Positions 10,372 through 18,818 of a stretch of DNA of 44,934 nt are shown one piece after another (within the stretch, counting starts at the first letter, position 1; each line of letters starts with the position of its first letter). The stretch comes from Bacilli bacterium (GTDB lineage Bacteria > Bacillota_I > Bacilli_A > RF39 > UBA660), in contig JBJKSD010000029.1 in NCBI GenBank assembly GCA_046704245.1, positions 1 to 44,934 of the forward strand, read 5' to 3'. The notes below the pieces were generated by a model. That model saw only the letters and a program-made list of their open reading frames with translations. It was not told the origin of the DNA and searched no databases. The translations under genes and the position numbers were made by a program.

Positions 10372-10383
10372 GGAGGTGTTAAA

Positions 10384-11940
10384 ATGGATAAATATTATAT
10401 AACCACTGCTATTGCATATACTTCAGCACGTCCTCATATAGGTAATGTATATGAGATTGTTTTAGCTGATGCTATAGCTAGATATAAAAGATTATTAGGT
10501 TATGATGTTTACTTTCAGACAGGGACTGATGAACATGGTCATAAAATTGAGTTAAAAGCCCAAGAAGCTAATGTTGAACCACAACAATATGTTGATCAAA
10601 TAGCAAGTGAGGTAAAAGAAGAGTGGGATACTCTTAATACTAGCTATGATCAATTTGTTAGAACAACAGATCCTATTCATGGAAAGAGAGTCCAAGCAAT
10701 CTTTAAAAAATTATATGATCAGGGTGATATCTATTTAGGTAAATATGAAGGCCTATATTGTACTCCTTGTGAATCTTTTTATACGGAATCACAACTAATA
10801 AATGGTAAGTGCCCTGATTGTGGTCGAGAAGTACAAAAAACTAGTGAAGAAGCATACTTTTTAAATTTAAATAAATATATTGACCGTTTAATAGAACACA
10901 TTAATAATAATCCTGACTTTTTACAACCAACGGCTAGAAAAAATGAAATGCTCAATAACTTTATTAAACCAGGATTGCAAGATTTATGTGTATCGCGCAC
11001 TTCTTTTAAATGGGGAATACCTGTCTCATTTGATGATAAGCATGTAATATATGTATGGATTGATGCTTTAAGTAATTATATAACATTCTTGGATTATAAT
11101 GTTGATGGTAATAGTGGTGATAAATTTAAAAAATATTGGCCTGCCGATGTTCATATAATAGGGAAAGATATTATGAGATTTCATGCTATCTACTGGCCCA
11201 TTATTCTTTTAGCTTTAGGAGAACAATTACCTAAAAAAATATTAGGACACCCTTGGCTATTAAATGGCAATGATAAAATGAGTAAATCTAAAGGTAATGT
11301 TATATATGCCAGTGATTTAATTAAACATTTTGATATTGATGCGATAAGATTCTATTTACTTAATGAAATGAATTATAATAATGATGGCGTTATTACGTAT
11401 GATTTATTAATCGAAAGAACTAATACTGAGTTAGCTAACAATTTAGGTAACTTAATAAATAGAACTATCAATATGGTTAATCAATATAATGATGGTACAG
11501 TTTATGATCCTAATAACCAAATAACAGTTGATCAAACCTTTATAAATTTAGTAACATCACTACCAAAGAAAATAGAAGATAAGTTAAATAACTTACAAGT
11601 ATCGTCAGCTCTCCATGATCTATTTGATATATTTAGAGCAGCTAATAAATATATAGAAGATACTACTCCATGGATTGTAGCTAAAGATGAAACTCAAAAA
11701 GAAAGACTTAATACAATTCTTTATAATTTATTAGAATGTATTAGGGTAGGAGCAGTATTATTACAACCTTTTCTTCCTGATACAGCCGAAAAAATATTTA
11801 AACAATTAAATACCGGAGCTAAATCATGGCAAACTCTTCATGATTTTAATAAAAATAAATTTATAAACAAAGTTAATAAACCCGAACCATTATTTATACG
11901 TATTGATAAGGCAGAAAAGTTAAAAGCATTAAATAATTAA
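10384..11940 (+). CDS. metG: Methionine--tRNA ligase (short form, no C-terminal tRNA-binding domain)
   Basis: Class I HIGH-type motif (PHIGNVYE), zinc knuckle CTPCESF...CPDCGRE, KMSKSKGN. 518 aa. Confidence 0.95.
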   Translation: MDKYYITTAIAYTSARPHIGNVYEIVLADAIARYKRLLGYDVYFQTGTDEHGHKIELKAQEANVEPQQYVDQIASEVKEEWDTLNTSYDQFVRTTDPIHGKRVQAIFKKLYDQGDIYLGKYEGLYCTPCESFYTESQLINGKCPDCGREVQKTSEEAYFLNLNKYIDRLIEHINNNPDFLQPTARKNEMLNNFIKPGLQDLCVSRTSFKWGIPVSFDDKHVIYVWIDALSNYITFLDYNVDGNSGDKFKKYWPADVHIIGKDIMRFHAIYWPIILLALGEQLPKKILGHPWLLNGNDKMSKSKGNVIYASDLIKHFDIDAIRFYLLNEMNYNNDGVITYDLLIERTNTELANNLGNLINRTINMVNQYNDGTVYDPNNQITVDQTFINLVTSLPKKIEDKLNNLQVSSALHDLFDIFRAANKYIEDTTPWIVAKDETQKERLNTILYNLLECIRVGAVLLQPFLPDTAEKIFKQLNTGAKSWQTLHDFNKNKFINKVNKPEPLFIRIDKAEKLKALNN

Positions 11941-11942
11941 AA

Positions 11943-11958
11943 TATTTCCCGGGAAATA
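11943..11958. repeat. Copy 3 of exact palindrome TATTTCCCGGGAAATA
   Basis: Read directly, in non-coding DNA starting 3 nt after the metG stop codon. Confidence 0.95.
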
Positions 11959-12071
11959 AATGTCAAATAATATCAAGCTATAAATAAAAAGTATTAAAAA
12001 TTAAGTTTTTATATAGCAATTATGATATTATTAAGTTTGTAGTAGTCGTAAAATAAAAAGGAGAATGATGG

Positions 12072-12236
12072 ATGACTACTAAGGGAAGCAAATACAAACT
12101 AGTCAGTATTGTATTTACAGCAGGGATACTTTTTCAAATAACGGAGATAGTTATAAAGTTCACCGTTATTGATTTCTGTTATTTATTAATATTAGTTACT
12201 TATTTCTATAGGTATCTATTAATAAAGAGAGAATAA
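12072..12236 (+). CDS. Hypothetical 54-aa hydrophobic peptide (below the ORF-track cutoff)
   Basis: ATG preceded by AAAGGAGA SD at about 8 nt. Translation is MTTKGSKYKLVSIVFTAGILFQITEIVIKFTVIDFCYLLILVTYFYRYLLIKRE*. It lies in an otherwise empty 340-nt gap, with a TGaTATTAT extended -10 upstream. No homology recognised. Confidence 0.3.
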   Translation: MTTKGSKYKLVSIVFTAGILFQITEIVIKFTVIDFCYLLILVTYFYRYLLIKRE

Positions 12237-12293
12237 AATTGTTAGTATAGGTATACTACATTAATTTGTGGTATACTTTTTTTGGTGATAAAT

Positions 12294-13058
12294 ATGTTAA
12301 TAGATACCCATTGCCATATATTTAGTGAACATTATAATAGTGTTGAAAAGATTATTAATGATGCCTATAATAAACACATTAAAATATTAATTATAAATGG
12401 TTATGACAAAACGACTAATAAAATGGCTATTGATTTAGCTAATAAATATGAATATGTATATGCAACAATAGGATATAATCCGGGTAATGCAAAGAACTTT
12501 AATGATGAGGATTTAATTACTTTAGACCAACAATTAAATAATAAAAAGGTAGTAGCTGTTGGTGAAATTGGTTTGGATTATTATTGGTATAAAGACTTAA
12601 AAGATGAGCAACAAAAATTATTTATCGATCAGATTAAATTAGCTAATAAACATCATAAACCGGTTATTGTGCACTGCCGCGAAGCTATTGATGATGTATA
12701 TAATATACTAAAACAATATCATACTAAAGATATTGGGGGTATAATGCATTGTTTTAATGCTTCATATGAAATAGCTAATAAATTTATTAATTTGGGATTG
12801 AAAATAGGAGTAGGAGGTATTGTAACCTTTAAAAATACTAATTTGGGTGAGGTAATAAAAAAAATTCCTCTTGAATATATAGTATTAGAAACAGATTCTC
12901 CATATTTAGCTCCCGAACCACATCGTGGCAAAAAAAATGAACCTCAATATTTAAATTTAATAGCTCAAAAAATTGCTAATTTAAAGGATATAGATATAGA
13001 TAAGGTGACCACCCAGACAGGCCATAATGCCATCCAGTTATTTGATTTGAATATTTAA
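12294..13058 (+). CDS. tatD: TatD family metal-dependent DNase/hydrolase (YabD)
   Basis: MLIDTHCHI start (ATG 12294 preferred over the track's TTG 12282), GEIGLDYYW, HCREA, LETDSPYLAP motifs. metG-tatD synteny. Confidence 0.9.
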   Translation: MLIDTHCHIFSEHYNSVEKIINDAYNKHIKILIINGYDKTTNKMAIDLANKYEYVYATIGYNPGNAKNFNDEDLITLDQQLNNKKVVAVGEIGLDYYWYKDLKDEQQKLFIDQIKLANKHHKPVIVHCREAIDDVYNILKQYHTKDIGGIMHCFNASYEIANKFINLGLKIGVGGIVTFKNTNLGEVIKKIPLEYIVLETDSPYLAPEPHRGKKNEPQYLNLIAQKIANLKDIDIDKVTTQTGHNAIQLFDLNI

Positions 13059-13098
13059 TTATGATATAATTATTTTACCCTATTAAAGAGGTGAAAAA

Positions 13099-13770
13099 AT
13101 GAAATTATACTTACCGTATATGGTTAAAATGGTAGTTAAATTAAGTATTGTAATGCTTTTTTTAGGTATCCATCCATGTATCGATAATTATGAACATAAT
13201 ATCACTAACACTAACAATGAAAAAGCTGTGCAATTGATACATGAATATATAGATTATAATACTATTAATAAAGATAGTTATAGCGTACCCTTGTTTGCCA
13301 CTAAGATAATAACAGCTGGGAAACAAGGTGTAATAGCATATACTAATAATAATCCGGAGCCTGTACTTATAAAGGAACCAATAGATGAAATAGTTGAAAA
13401 TGGTAAAGGTAACCCTGGTTATTTTATTGGGACTATGACAGGATATGGACCTAACTGTAAGGGTTGTAGCGGAAGAGTAGCATGTAAGCCATATCAGAAT
13501 GTTAAAAATGGTAATATATATTATAATGATAAAGAATATGGAAAAATTAGAATAGTAGCTGCTGATCGAGATATTCCATGTGGAACGGTTGTTGAAATAT
13601 CTAATTTTTGGTTATCATCTGATCCAATAAAAGCTGTGGTCTTAGATAGGGGTAGTGCTATTCAAGGTAAGATTATGGATTTATTATTTAATACCGAATC
13701 TGAAACAATAAAAGTGGGGCGCCAACGTAATATTAGATATGATATTTTACGTTGGGGATGGGAAAATTAA
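13099..13770 (+). CDS. Membrane-anchored 3D-domain (RlpA/MltA-like double-psi barrel) protein, YabE-like
   Basis: N-terminal hydrophobic anchor. C-terminal TGYGPNCKGCSGRVA...IVAADRDIPCGTVVEI...AVVLDRGSAIQGKIMDLLF matches the 3D-domain pattern. It occupies the yabE position between tatD and rsmA. Confidence 0.7.
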   Translation: MKLYLPYMVKMVVKLSIVMLFLGIHPCIDNYEHNITNTNNEKAVQLIHEYIDYNTINKDSYSVPLFATKIITAGKQGVIAYTNNNPEPVLIKEPIDEIVENGKGNPGYFIGTMTGYGPNCKGCSGRVACKPYQNVKNGNIYYNDKEYGKIRIVAADRDIPCGTVVEISNFWLSSDPIKAVVLDRGSAIQGKIMDLLFNTESETIKVGRQRNIRYDILRWGWEN

Positions 13771-13797
13771 AAGTCTATCATTGATAGACTTTTTTTT
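13771..13797 (+). terminator. Rho-independent terminator
   Basis: AAGTCTATCA / TGATAGACTT inverted repeat followed by a T7 run, directly after the stop codon. Confidence 0.7.
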
Positions 13798-13839
13798 ATT
13801 ATTTAGATATGAGATAATATTATCAATATGGGGTGGATT

Positions 13840-14637
13840 ATGAATAATTTTAAATTTAAGAAAAGATTAGGTCAACATTTTTTAATAGATAATAATATTA
13901 TCAATAATATAGTTAGCGAAGCTTCAATTAGTAAAGATACTCTTGTATTGGAAATTGGTGCTGGAGCTGGCGCATTAACTAATCGATTAGTAGAAGAAGC
14001 TAAATATGTAATAGCTTATGAAATAGATAAAAGTTTAGCTTCTTATCTAAATAAATTATTAGCTAAATATAATAATTTAAAAATTATCTATGACGATTTT
14101 CTAAAACACGATATCAATAAAGATATTGCAAATTATCAATATAATGAATTGTTAATTATAGGTAATCTCCCATATTATATTTCAACACCAATTATCAATA
14201 AAATTATTGACGACAGTATTCCAGTTAACAAGATTGTCATCATGATTCAAAAAGAAGTAGGGGAAAGAATAACAGCTAAACCTGGGACAAAAGAATATAG
14301 TTCATTGTCTATTTATATTGATTATTATTTTGAGGTTAAAAAATTATTTATCGTTAATCACAATGTCTTTAGACCCAAACCAGCTGTTGACAGTGTTGTA
14401 ATTAAGTTAGAAAAAAGACAAAAGCCTAAAGTTAAAGTATTAGATGAGCAATTATTTTTTAAATTAATAAGAGATGCCTTTACCTTTAAAAGAAAAAATA
14501 TCCGCAATAATTTACGTCAATATGATTTATCAGTTATAGAAGAAGTATTAAAAAAATATCATTTAGATCTAACAGTAAGAGCTGAGTATATATCAATCGA
14601 TATATTTACTGATCTAGCTAATAACCTAACAAAATAA
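13840..14637 (+). CDS. rsmA: 16S rRNA (adenine1518/1519-N6)-dimethyltransferase
   Basis: LGQHFLID, LEIGAGAGALT (SAM motif), GNLPYYISTPI. ATG at 13840 is preferred over 13828 because the GGGGTGG SD sits just upstream. Confidence 0.93.
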   Translation: MNNFKFKKRLGQHFLIDNNIINNIVSEASISKDTLVLEIGAGAGALTNRLVEEAKYVIAYEIDKSLASYLNKLLAKYNNLKIIYDDFLKHDINKDIANYQYNELLIIGNLPYYISTPIINKIIDDSIPVNKIVIMIQKEVGERITAKPGTKEYSSLSIYIDYYFEVKKLFIVNHNVFRPKPAVDSVVIKLEKRQKPKVKVLDEQLFFKLIRDAFTFKRKNIRNNLRQYDLSVIEEVLKKYHLDLTVRAEYISIDIFTDLANNLTK

Positions 14638-14698
14638 TATAAAAGACAACACCTCATAAATGATATGACATATTATATATTAGATTTGAGGTGTATAT

Positions 14699-15484
14699 AT
14701 GAATTTTAAAGTGGGGGATTTAGTCACTCGCAATTCATATAATAATGATGTTATATTTAAAATTATTAATATAGATAATAATATTGCTATATTAAAAGGA
14801 ATAAATATTCGTTTACTTGCTGATAGTGATTTAGATGATCTATGTCGCTGTGATAACGATGATGATGAAGATCACGATGAAGATGTTGCTAATATGATTA
14901 GGGATAGTTTTAATACCGAACGTGATGATTATTTTTATATTCCGGGGATAGTTTTACATATTGATGGTGATCCAGATTATTTAAAAAGAAGTATGAAGTT
15001 TTATAAGAAATCTAATATTATGGCTTATGGGATAGTGTTAAAAGAGTCGGAAATACATAAGTATATACTTGATTATATAAATAAAACTAAGCCTGATATA
15101 ATTGTTATAACTGGGCACGATGCCCTTAATAAAAAGAATAGTGATCCTAGAAATCTAAATTCTTATAAAAATACAGATAATTTTATTAAGGCTATTATGG
15201 AAGCTAGAAAATACGAAAAGGCACCCGATAAATTAATTGTTATTGCAGGAGCCTGTCAATCAAACTATGAGGAATTAATAAAATCGGGTGCTAATTTTGC
15301 CTCTAGTCCTAAACGAATCAATATTCATGCATTAGATCCCGCTATTATTGCATCTAGCATCAGTTTATCAGAGCGTGGTAAGGATATAGATTTAGTTGGT
15401 ATTTTGGAAAAAACAAAGTATGGTAAGGATGGAATAGGTGGTATAAAGACAAATGGTATGATGTATATTGGGTATCCACGTTAA
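14699..15484 (+). CDS. yabG: Sporulation-specific protease YabG (peptidase U57)
   Basis: N-terminal KVGDLVTRNSYNNDVIFKI, acidic linker, VLHIDGD, ITGHDA and GACQSNYE motifs typical of YabG. rsmA-yabG synteny. Confidence 0.8.
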   Translation: MNFKVGDLVTRNSYNNDVIFKIINIDNNIAILKGINIRLLADSDLDDLCRCDNDDDEDHDEDVANMIRDSFNTERDDYFYIPGIVLHIDGDPDYLKRSMKFYKKSNIMAYGIVLKESEIHKYILDYINKTKPDIIVITGHDALNKKNSDPRNLNSYKNTDNFIKAIMEARKYEKAPDKLIVIAGACQSNYEELIKSGANFASSPKRINIHALDPAIIASSISLSERGKDIDLVGILEKTKYGKDGIGGIKTNGMMYIGYPR

Positions 15485-15490
15485 AAATTA

Positions 15491-15519
15491 TTGCATTTTT
15501 CCATAAATTGGTATATGAT
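15491..15519 (+). promoter_or_regulatory. Sigma-A-type promoter upstream of spoVG
   Basis: TTGCAT, 17 nt spacer, TATGAT. Confidence 0.45.
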
Positions 15520-15557
15520 TATGTTGGAATGTTATAACTTGGGGAGGAGGAATTTTC

Positions 15558-15881
15558 TTGAAAATTACATCTGTGAATGTACGCAGAATCGAAAAGGAAG
15601 GTTCTCGTATGAAGGCTATCGCATCAGTTTTATTGGATGATAGCTTTGCAGTACATGATATAAGAGTAATAGAAGGCGATAATGGACTATTTATTGCTAT
15701 GCCTAGCCGTAAAACAGCTACAGGCGGATATCGTGATATAGCGCATCCTATTAATCAAGAAGTTCGTCAAATGTTTGAAGAAGAAATTTTGAAAGCATAT
15801 GAGAACGAAGAATTAAAAGAGTCAGATGGCGATAATTCTGAGGAAAGTACCGAAGAAGAGACTGAAGCTGTAACAGAATAA
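15558..15881 (+). CDS. spoVG: Septation/sporulation regulator SpoVG, with acidic C-terminal tail
   Basis: TTG start after [49 protein letters not shown]...RDIAHPIN is near-identical to SpoVG. It has about 10 extra E/D/S/T-rich residues at the C-terminus. Confidence 0.92.
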   Translation: MKITSVNVRRIEKEGSRMKAIASVLLDDSFAVHDIRVIEGDNGLFIAMPSRKTATGGYRDIAHPINQEVRQMFEEEILKAYENEELKESDGDNSEESTEEETEAVTE

Positions 15882-15883
15882 AG

Positions 15884-15911
15884 AAAGCTCTAGAATACTA
15901 GAGCTTTTTTT
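15884..15911 (+). terminator. Rho-independent terminator
   Basis: AAAGCTCTA-GAATAC-TAGAGCTTT hairpin plus a T-run. Confidence 0.75.
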
Positions 15912-15964
15912 GTGAATAAAAATTAATATACTCACATAAATTGATAAAAAGGGAGGAATAAGGA

Positions 15965-16261
15965 ATGGACAAGATGTCGACTGATGTAGAAACAGTAGGT
16001 AATAGCACAATATCTATTAATGACCGCAAGAATATTACAATAAGTGGTGTTAAAAAGATTGATAGTTTTAACGATGAAGAATTTCTATTAGAAACTACTT
16101 TAGGATATATGGTTATAAAAGGCGCTAATTTAGAAATAGTAAAATTAGATACTTATCAAGGCACTGTATCAATAAAAGGTATATTAAATAGTATGGCATA
16201 TATTCAACAAGGTGGTAAAACCCGTAAAGAAGAAGGCTTATTTAATAGGCTATTTCGCTAA
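15965..16261 (+). CDS. yabP: Sporulation protein YabP
   Basis: NDRKNITISGVKKIDSFNDEEFLLETTLGYMVIKGANLEIVKLD... matches the YabP family pattern. TAATG overlap with the next gene, as for yabP-yabQ. Confidence 0.8.
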   Translation: MDKMSTDVETVGNSTISINDRKNITISGVKKIDSFNDEEFLLETTLGYMVIKGANLEIVKLDTYQGTVSIKGILNSMAYIQQGGKTRKEEGLFNRLFR

Positions 16262-16557
16262 TGCCTTTAAATATCCAAATAAATTCTTTATTATTTTGTC
16301 TTCTTTATGGGATCTTCTTTGGTATTTTATATGGCATGAATTATAAAATTTTATATGAATCTAAAATAATATTTAGAATAATTATTACTTTTCTTTTTAT
16401 AATTGATAATATTCTTTTCTTTTACCTAATTTTACTTAGAATAAATAATGGTATTATTCATCCATATTTTATTTTAATGTTAATAATGGGATACTATATA
16501 GGTAATAATTACTATCCTTTAATAAAACGTCAATTAACTAGAAAAAATAAGCCATAG
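16261..16557 (+). CDS. yabQ: Spore cortex biosynthesis membrane protein YabQ-like
   Basis: 98-aa protein with 3 TM segments, directly coupled to yabP (1-nt overlap) and followed by divIC, matching the yabP-yabQ-divIC order. Sequence similarity alone is weak. Confidence 0.6.
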   Translation: MPLNIQINSLLFCLLYGIFFGILYGMNYKILYESKIIFRIIITFLFIIDNILFFYLILLRINNGIIHPYFILMLIMGYYIGNNYYPLIKRQLTRKNKP

Positions 16558-16559
16558 GT

Positions 16560-16588
16560 TTGCAAAATGATGGTGGCTATGCTATAAT
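16560..16588 (+). promoter_or_regulatory. Sigma-A-type promoter upstream of divIC
   Basis: TTGCAA, exactly 17 nt spacer, consensus TATAAT. Confidence 0.5.
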
Positions 16589-16611
16589 TTTAGCACTAGG
16601 TGGTGAGATAA

Positions 16612-16905
16612 GTGCCTACTAAAAAAGTCACTAAAAAAGATACAAGACGTTTTTTATTATTAGGAACTTTATCAGTAATAATAATAGTTTTAATTGTTGC
16701 TAGTGTATCCAGCTATTGGATTCAAATATATAAAAAGAGTAATGAACAAAAGTTTTTAAAAGAACAAATAAGTACCTTAAAAGAACAGGAAGCTAGATTA
16801 AAAAATGAGATTCAAAAACTTAAGGATCCTGATTATGTAGCTAGATATGCAAGAGAAAAATATTTGTTTTCTAAAGATGGCGAAATATTAATAAAGATAC
16901 CATAA
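16612..16905 (+). CDS. divIC: Septum formation initiator (DivIC/FtsB family)
   Basis: GTG start. Single N-terminal TM segment, coiled coil (LKEQISTLKEQEARLKNEIQKLK), C-terminal DPDYVARYAREKYLFSKDGE motif. Confidence 0.75.
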   Translation: MPTKKVTKKDTRRFLLLGTLSVIIIVLIVASVSSYWIQIYKKSNEQKFLKEQISTLKEQEARLKNEIQKLKDPDYVARYAREKYLFSKDGEILIKIP

Positions 16906-16930
16906 AAGAAGAATTTATATCTTCTTTTTT
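16905..16930 (+). terminator. Rho-independent terminator
   Basis: AAAGAAGA-N7-TCTTCTTT hairpin plus a T-run. Confidence 0.65.
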
Positions 16931-16986
16931 ATTTTGACAATAAGAGCTCTAATATCAGTATATTATTGCATCACGGGGGTTAAAAA

Positions 16987-17454
16987 ATGAATAAAATAAC
17001 AGCCTTTTTAAATAAAATTTATATAGTAATGGTTATAACTATTTTATGTAGTAGAGTTATTATTTTAGAAGAACCGTTATTTTTATTAGTTCTATGTTTA
17101 TATATCTATAATAATAGAGATTATTATTTTCTTTTTATTATTACTTTAGTTGTAATATATCCATTCTTTTTATTCATTAAAATGCTCTTTTTTCTAAATT
17201 TATTAGTCTTTCTTTTTAGAATAGTAGCTTTAACTAAATATCATAATATTAATCCTTTAGTTATTTATAATATAGCAATCTTTTGTTATCTATTAACTAT
17301 TAATTTAATAGAAAATGTAGATTTTATCTTAAATGACTCTTTAAATATTATTTTTATAGTAATAATTTTAAATATTATCCATTATATAGTAATAATTTTT
17401 AAAAAAGAATATAAAATAGCATTTTCACTTGCTCTAGATAAGATTTTTAGATAA
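16987..17454 (+). CDS. Hypothetical polytopic membrane protein (about 4-5 TM), possible SpoIIE N-terminal-domain-like remnant
   Basis: 155-aa, very hydrophobic ORF with a GGGGG-type SD. It sits exactly where spoIIE lies in Bacillus (between divIC and tilS). No PP2C domain. Confidence 0.55.
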   Translation: MNKITAFLNKIYIVMVITILCSRVIILEEPLFLLVLCLYIYNNRDYYFLFIITLVVIYPFFLFIKMLFFLNLLVFLFRIVALTKYHNINPLVIYNIAIFCYLLTINLIENVDFILNDSLNIIFIVIILNIIHYIVIIFKKEYKIAFSLALDKIFR

Positions 17455-17478
17455 AATTAGTAAAGAAGGTGATTCTTT

Positions 17479-18804
17479 ATGGAAGGGGTCTATGAATATT
17501 TACTTACTGATGTAGGATTAAAGTTTGGTGATACAATTGTAGTGGGTGTATCTGGTGGCCCAGATTCAATGGCTTTACTGCATTTATTAATTCAAATTAA
17601 AAAAGAGGTAGAAATTTTTGTTATTTGTGCGCATGTTAATCATAATGTTAGAAAAGAGAGCGAAAAAGAAAAAGAATTTTTACAATCTTACTGTGATAAT
17701 AACCAGATTACTTTTGAATCAATGATTATCGATGACTATGGTGATGATAATTTTCATAATGAAGCTAGAACTAAGAGATATAATTATTTTGGTAAAATAG
17801 TTAGACGATATGGCGCTAAATATTTATTTACTGCTCACCATGCTGATGATTTAATTGAAACAATATTAATGCGTATCGCTAGAGGTTCTACTTTGCGTGG
17901 TTATAGTGGCTTTTCTAGAGTAGTGGATATGGGCGACTATAAAATAATTAGACCATTAATTTCTATTACTAAAGATGAAATAATCGCGTATAATAAAAAA
18001 AATAATATTAAATATGTACAAGATACATCTAATAATGAAGATAAGTATACTAGAAATAGATACCGAAAATATGTCCTTCCCTTTTTAAAGAAAGAAGATC
18101 CTAATATTCATGAGAAATTTATTAAGTTTAGTAATACTCTAATTGAGTATAATAATTTTATTGATAGGCAGATGTATGAATGCATTAATGAGGCATATAA
18201 ACAAAATGTTTTAAATATTGAAACTTTTATGAGTTTTGATAAATTAATTAGGATGAAGATAATATACTATATCTTGGAGAATGTTTATCAAGATGATCTA
18301 ATGTTAATATTTGATAAACATGCTGAATTAATTTATAATTTGATTACTTCTAAAAGACCTAATGCTTATATATATTTGCCCAATAATATTAAAGTAGTTA
18401 AGGCATATGATTCATTGACTTTTGTTAAAGAGCCAATGGAACATAATGAATATGAGATAGAATTAATTAGTTATATTAGTTTACCTAATGGTAAAAATTT
18501 AGAAATAGTTGAGAAAGAAGAAGGAACGGGTAACGATGTATGCCGTTTAGATTCTTCAGAGGTGCAATTACCTCTACACGTTAGAACTAGAGAAGTTGGC
18601 GATAAGATGCACGTTAAAGGGATGCTTGGCACTAAAAAGGTTAAAGATATCTTTATTGATGAAAAAATATCAGCTGATGAGCGAGAAATGTGGCCAATTG
18701 TAGTTGATTCATCTGGTTCAATAATATGGATACCAGGATTAAAAAAAGCAAAATTTGATAAAGACAAATTTGAAAAACATGATATAATAATCAAGTATTA
18801 TTAG
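17479..18804 (+). CDS. tilS: tRNA(Ile)-lysidine synthase
   Basis: PP-loop VGVSGGPDSMALL, HHADD motif, C-terminal TilS domain (PLHVRTREVGDKM...). 441 aa. tilS-ftsH synteny. Confidence 0.92.
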   Translation: MEGVYEYLLTDVGLKFGDTIVVGVSGGPDSMALLHLLIQIKKEVEIFVICAHVNHNVRKESEKEKEFLQSYCDNNQITFESMIIDDYGDDNFHNEARTKRYNYFGKIVRRYGAKYLFTAHHADDLIETILMRIARGSTLRGYSGFSRVVDMGDYKIIRPLISITKDEIIAYNKKNNIKYVQDTSNNEDKYTRNRYRKYVLPFLKKEDPNIHEKFIKFSNTLIEYNNFIDRQMYECINEAYKQNVLNIETFMSFDKLIRMKIIYYILENVYQDDLMLIFDKHAELIYNLITSKRPNAYIYLPNNIKVVKAYDSLTFVKEPMEHNEYEIELISYISLPNGKNLEIVEKEEGTGNDVCRLDSSEVQLPLHVRTREVGDKMHVKGMLGTKKVKDIFIDEKISADEREMWPIVVDSSGSIIWIPGLKKAKFDKDKFEKHDIIIKYY

Positions 18805-18818
18805 AAGGGAGCAGAAGT

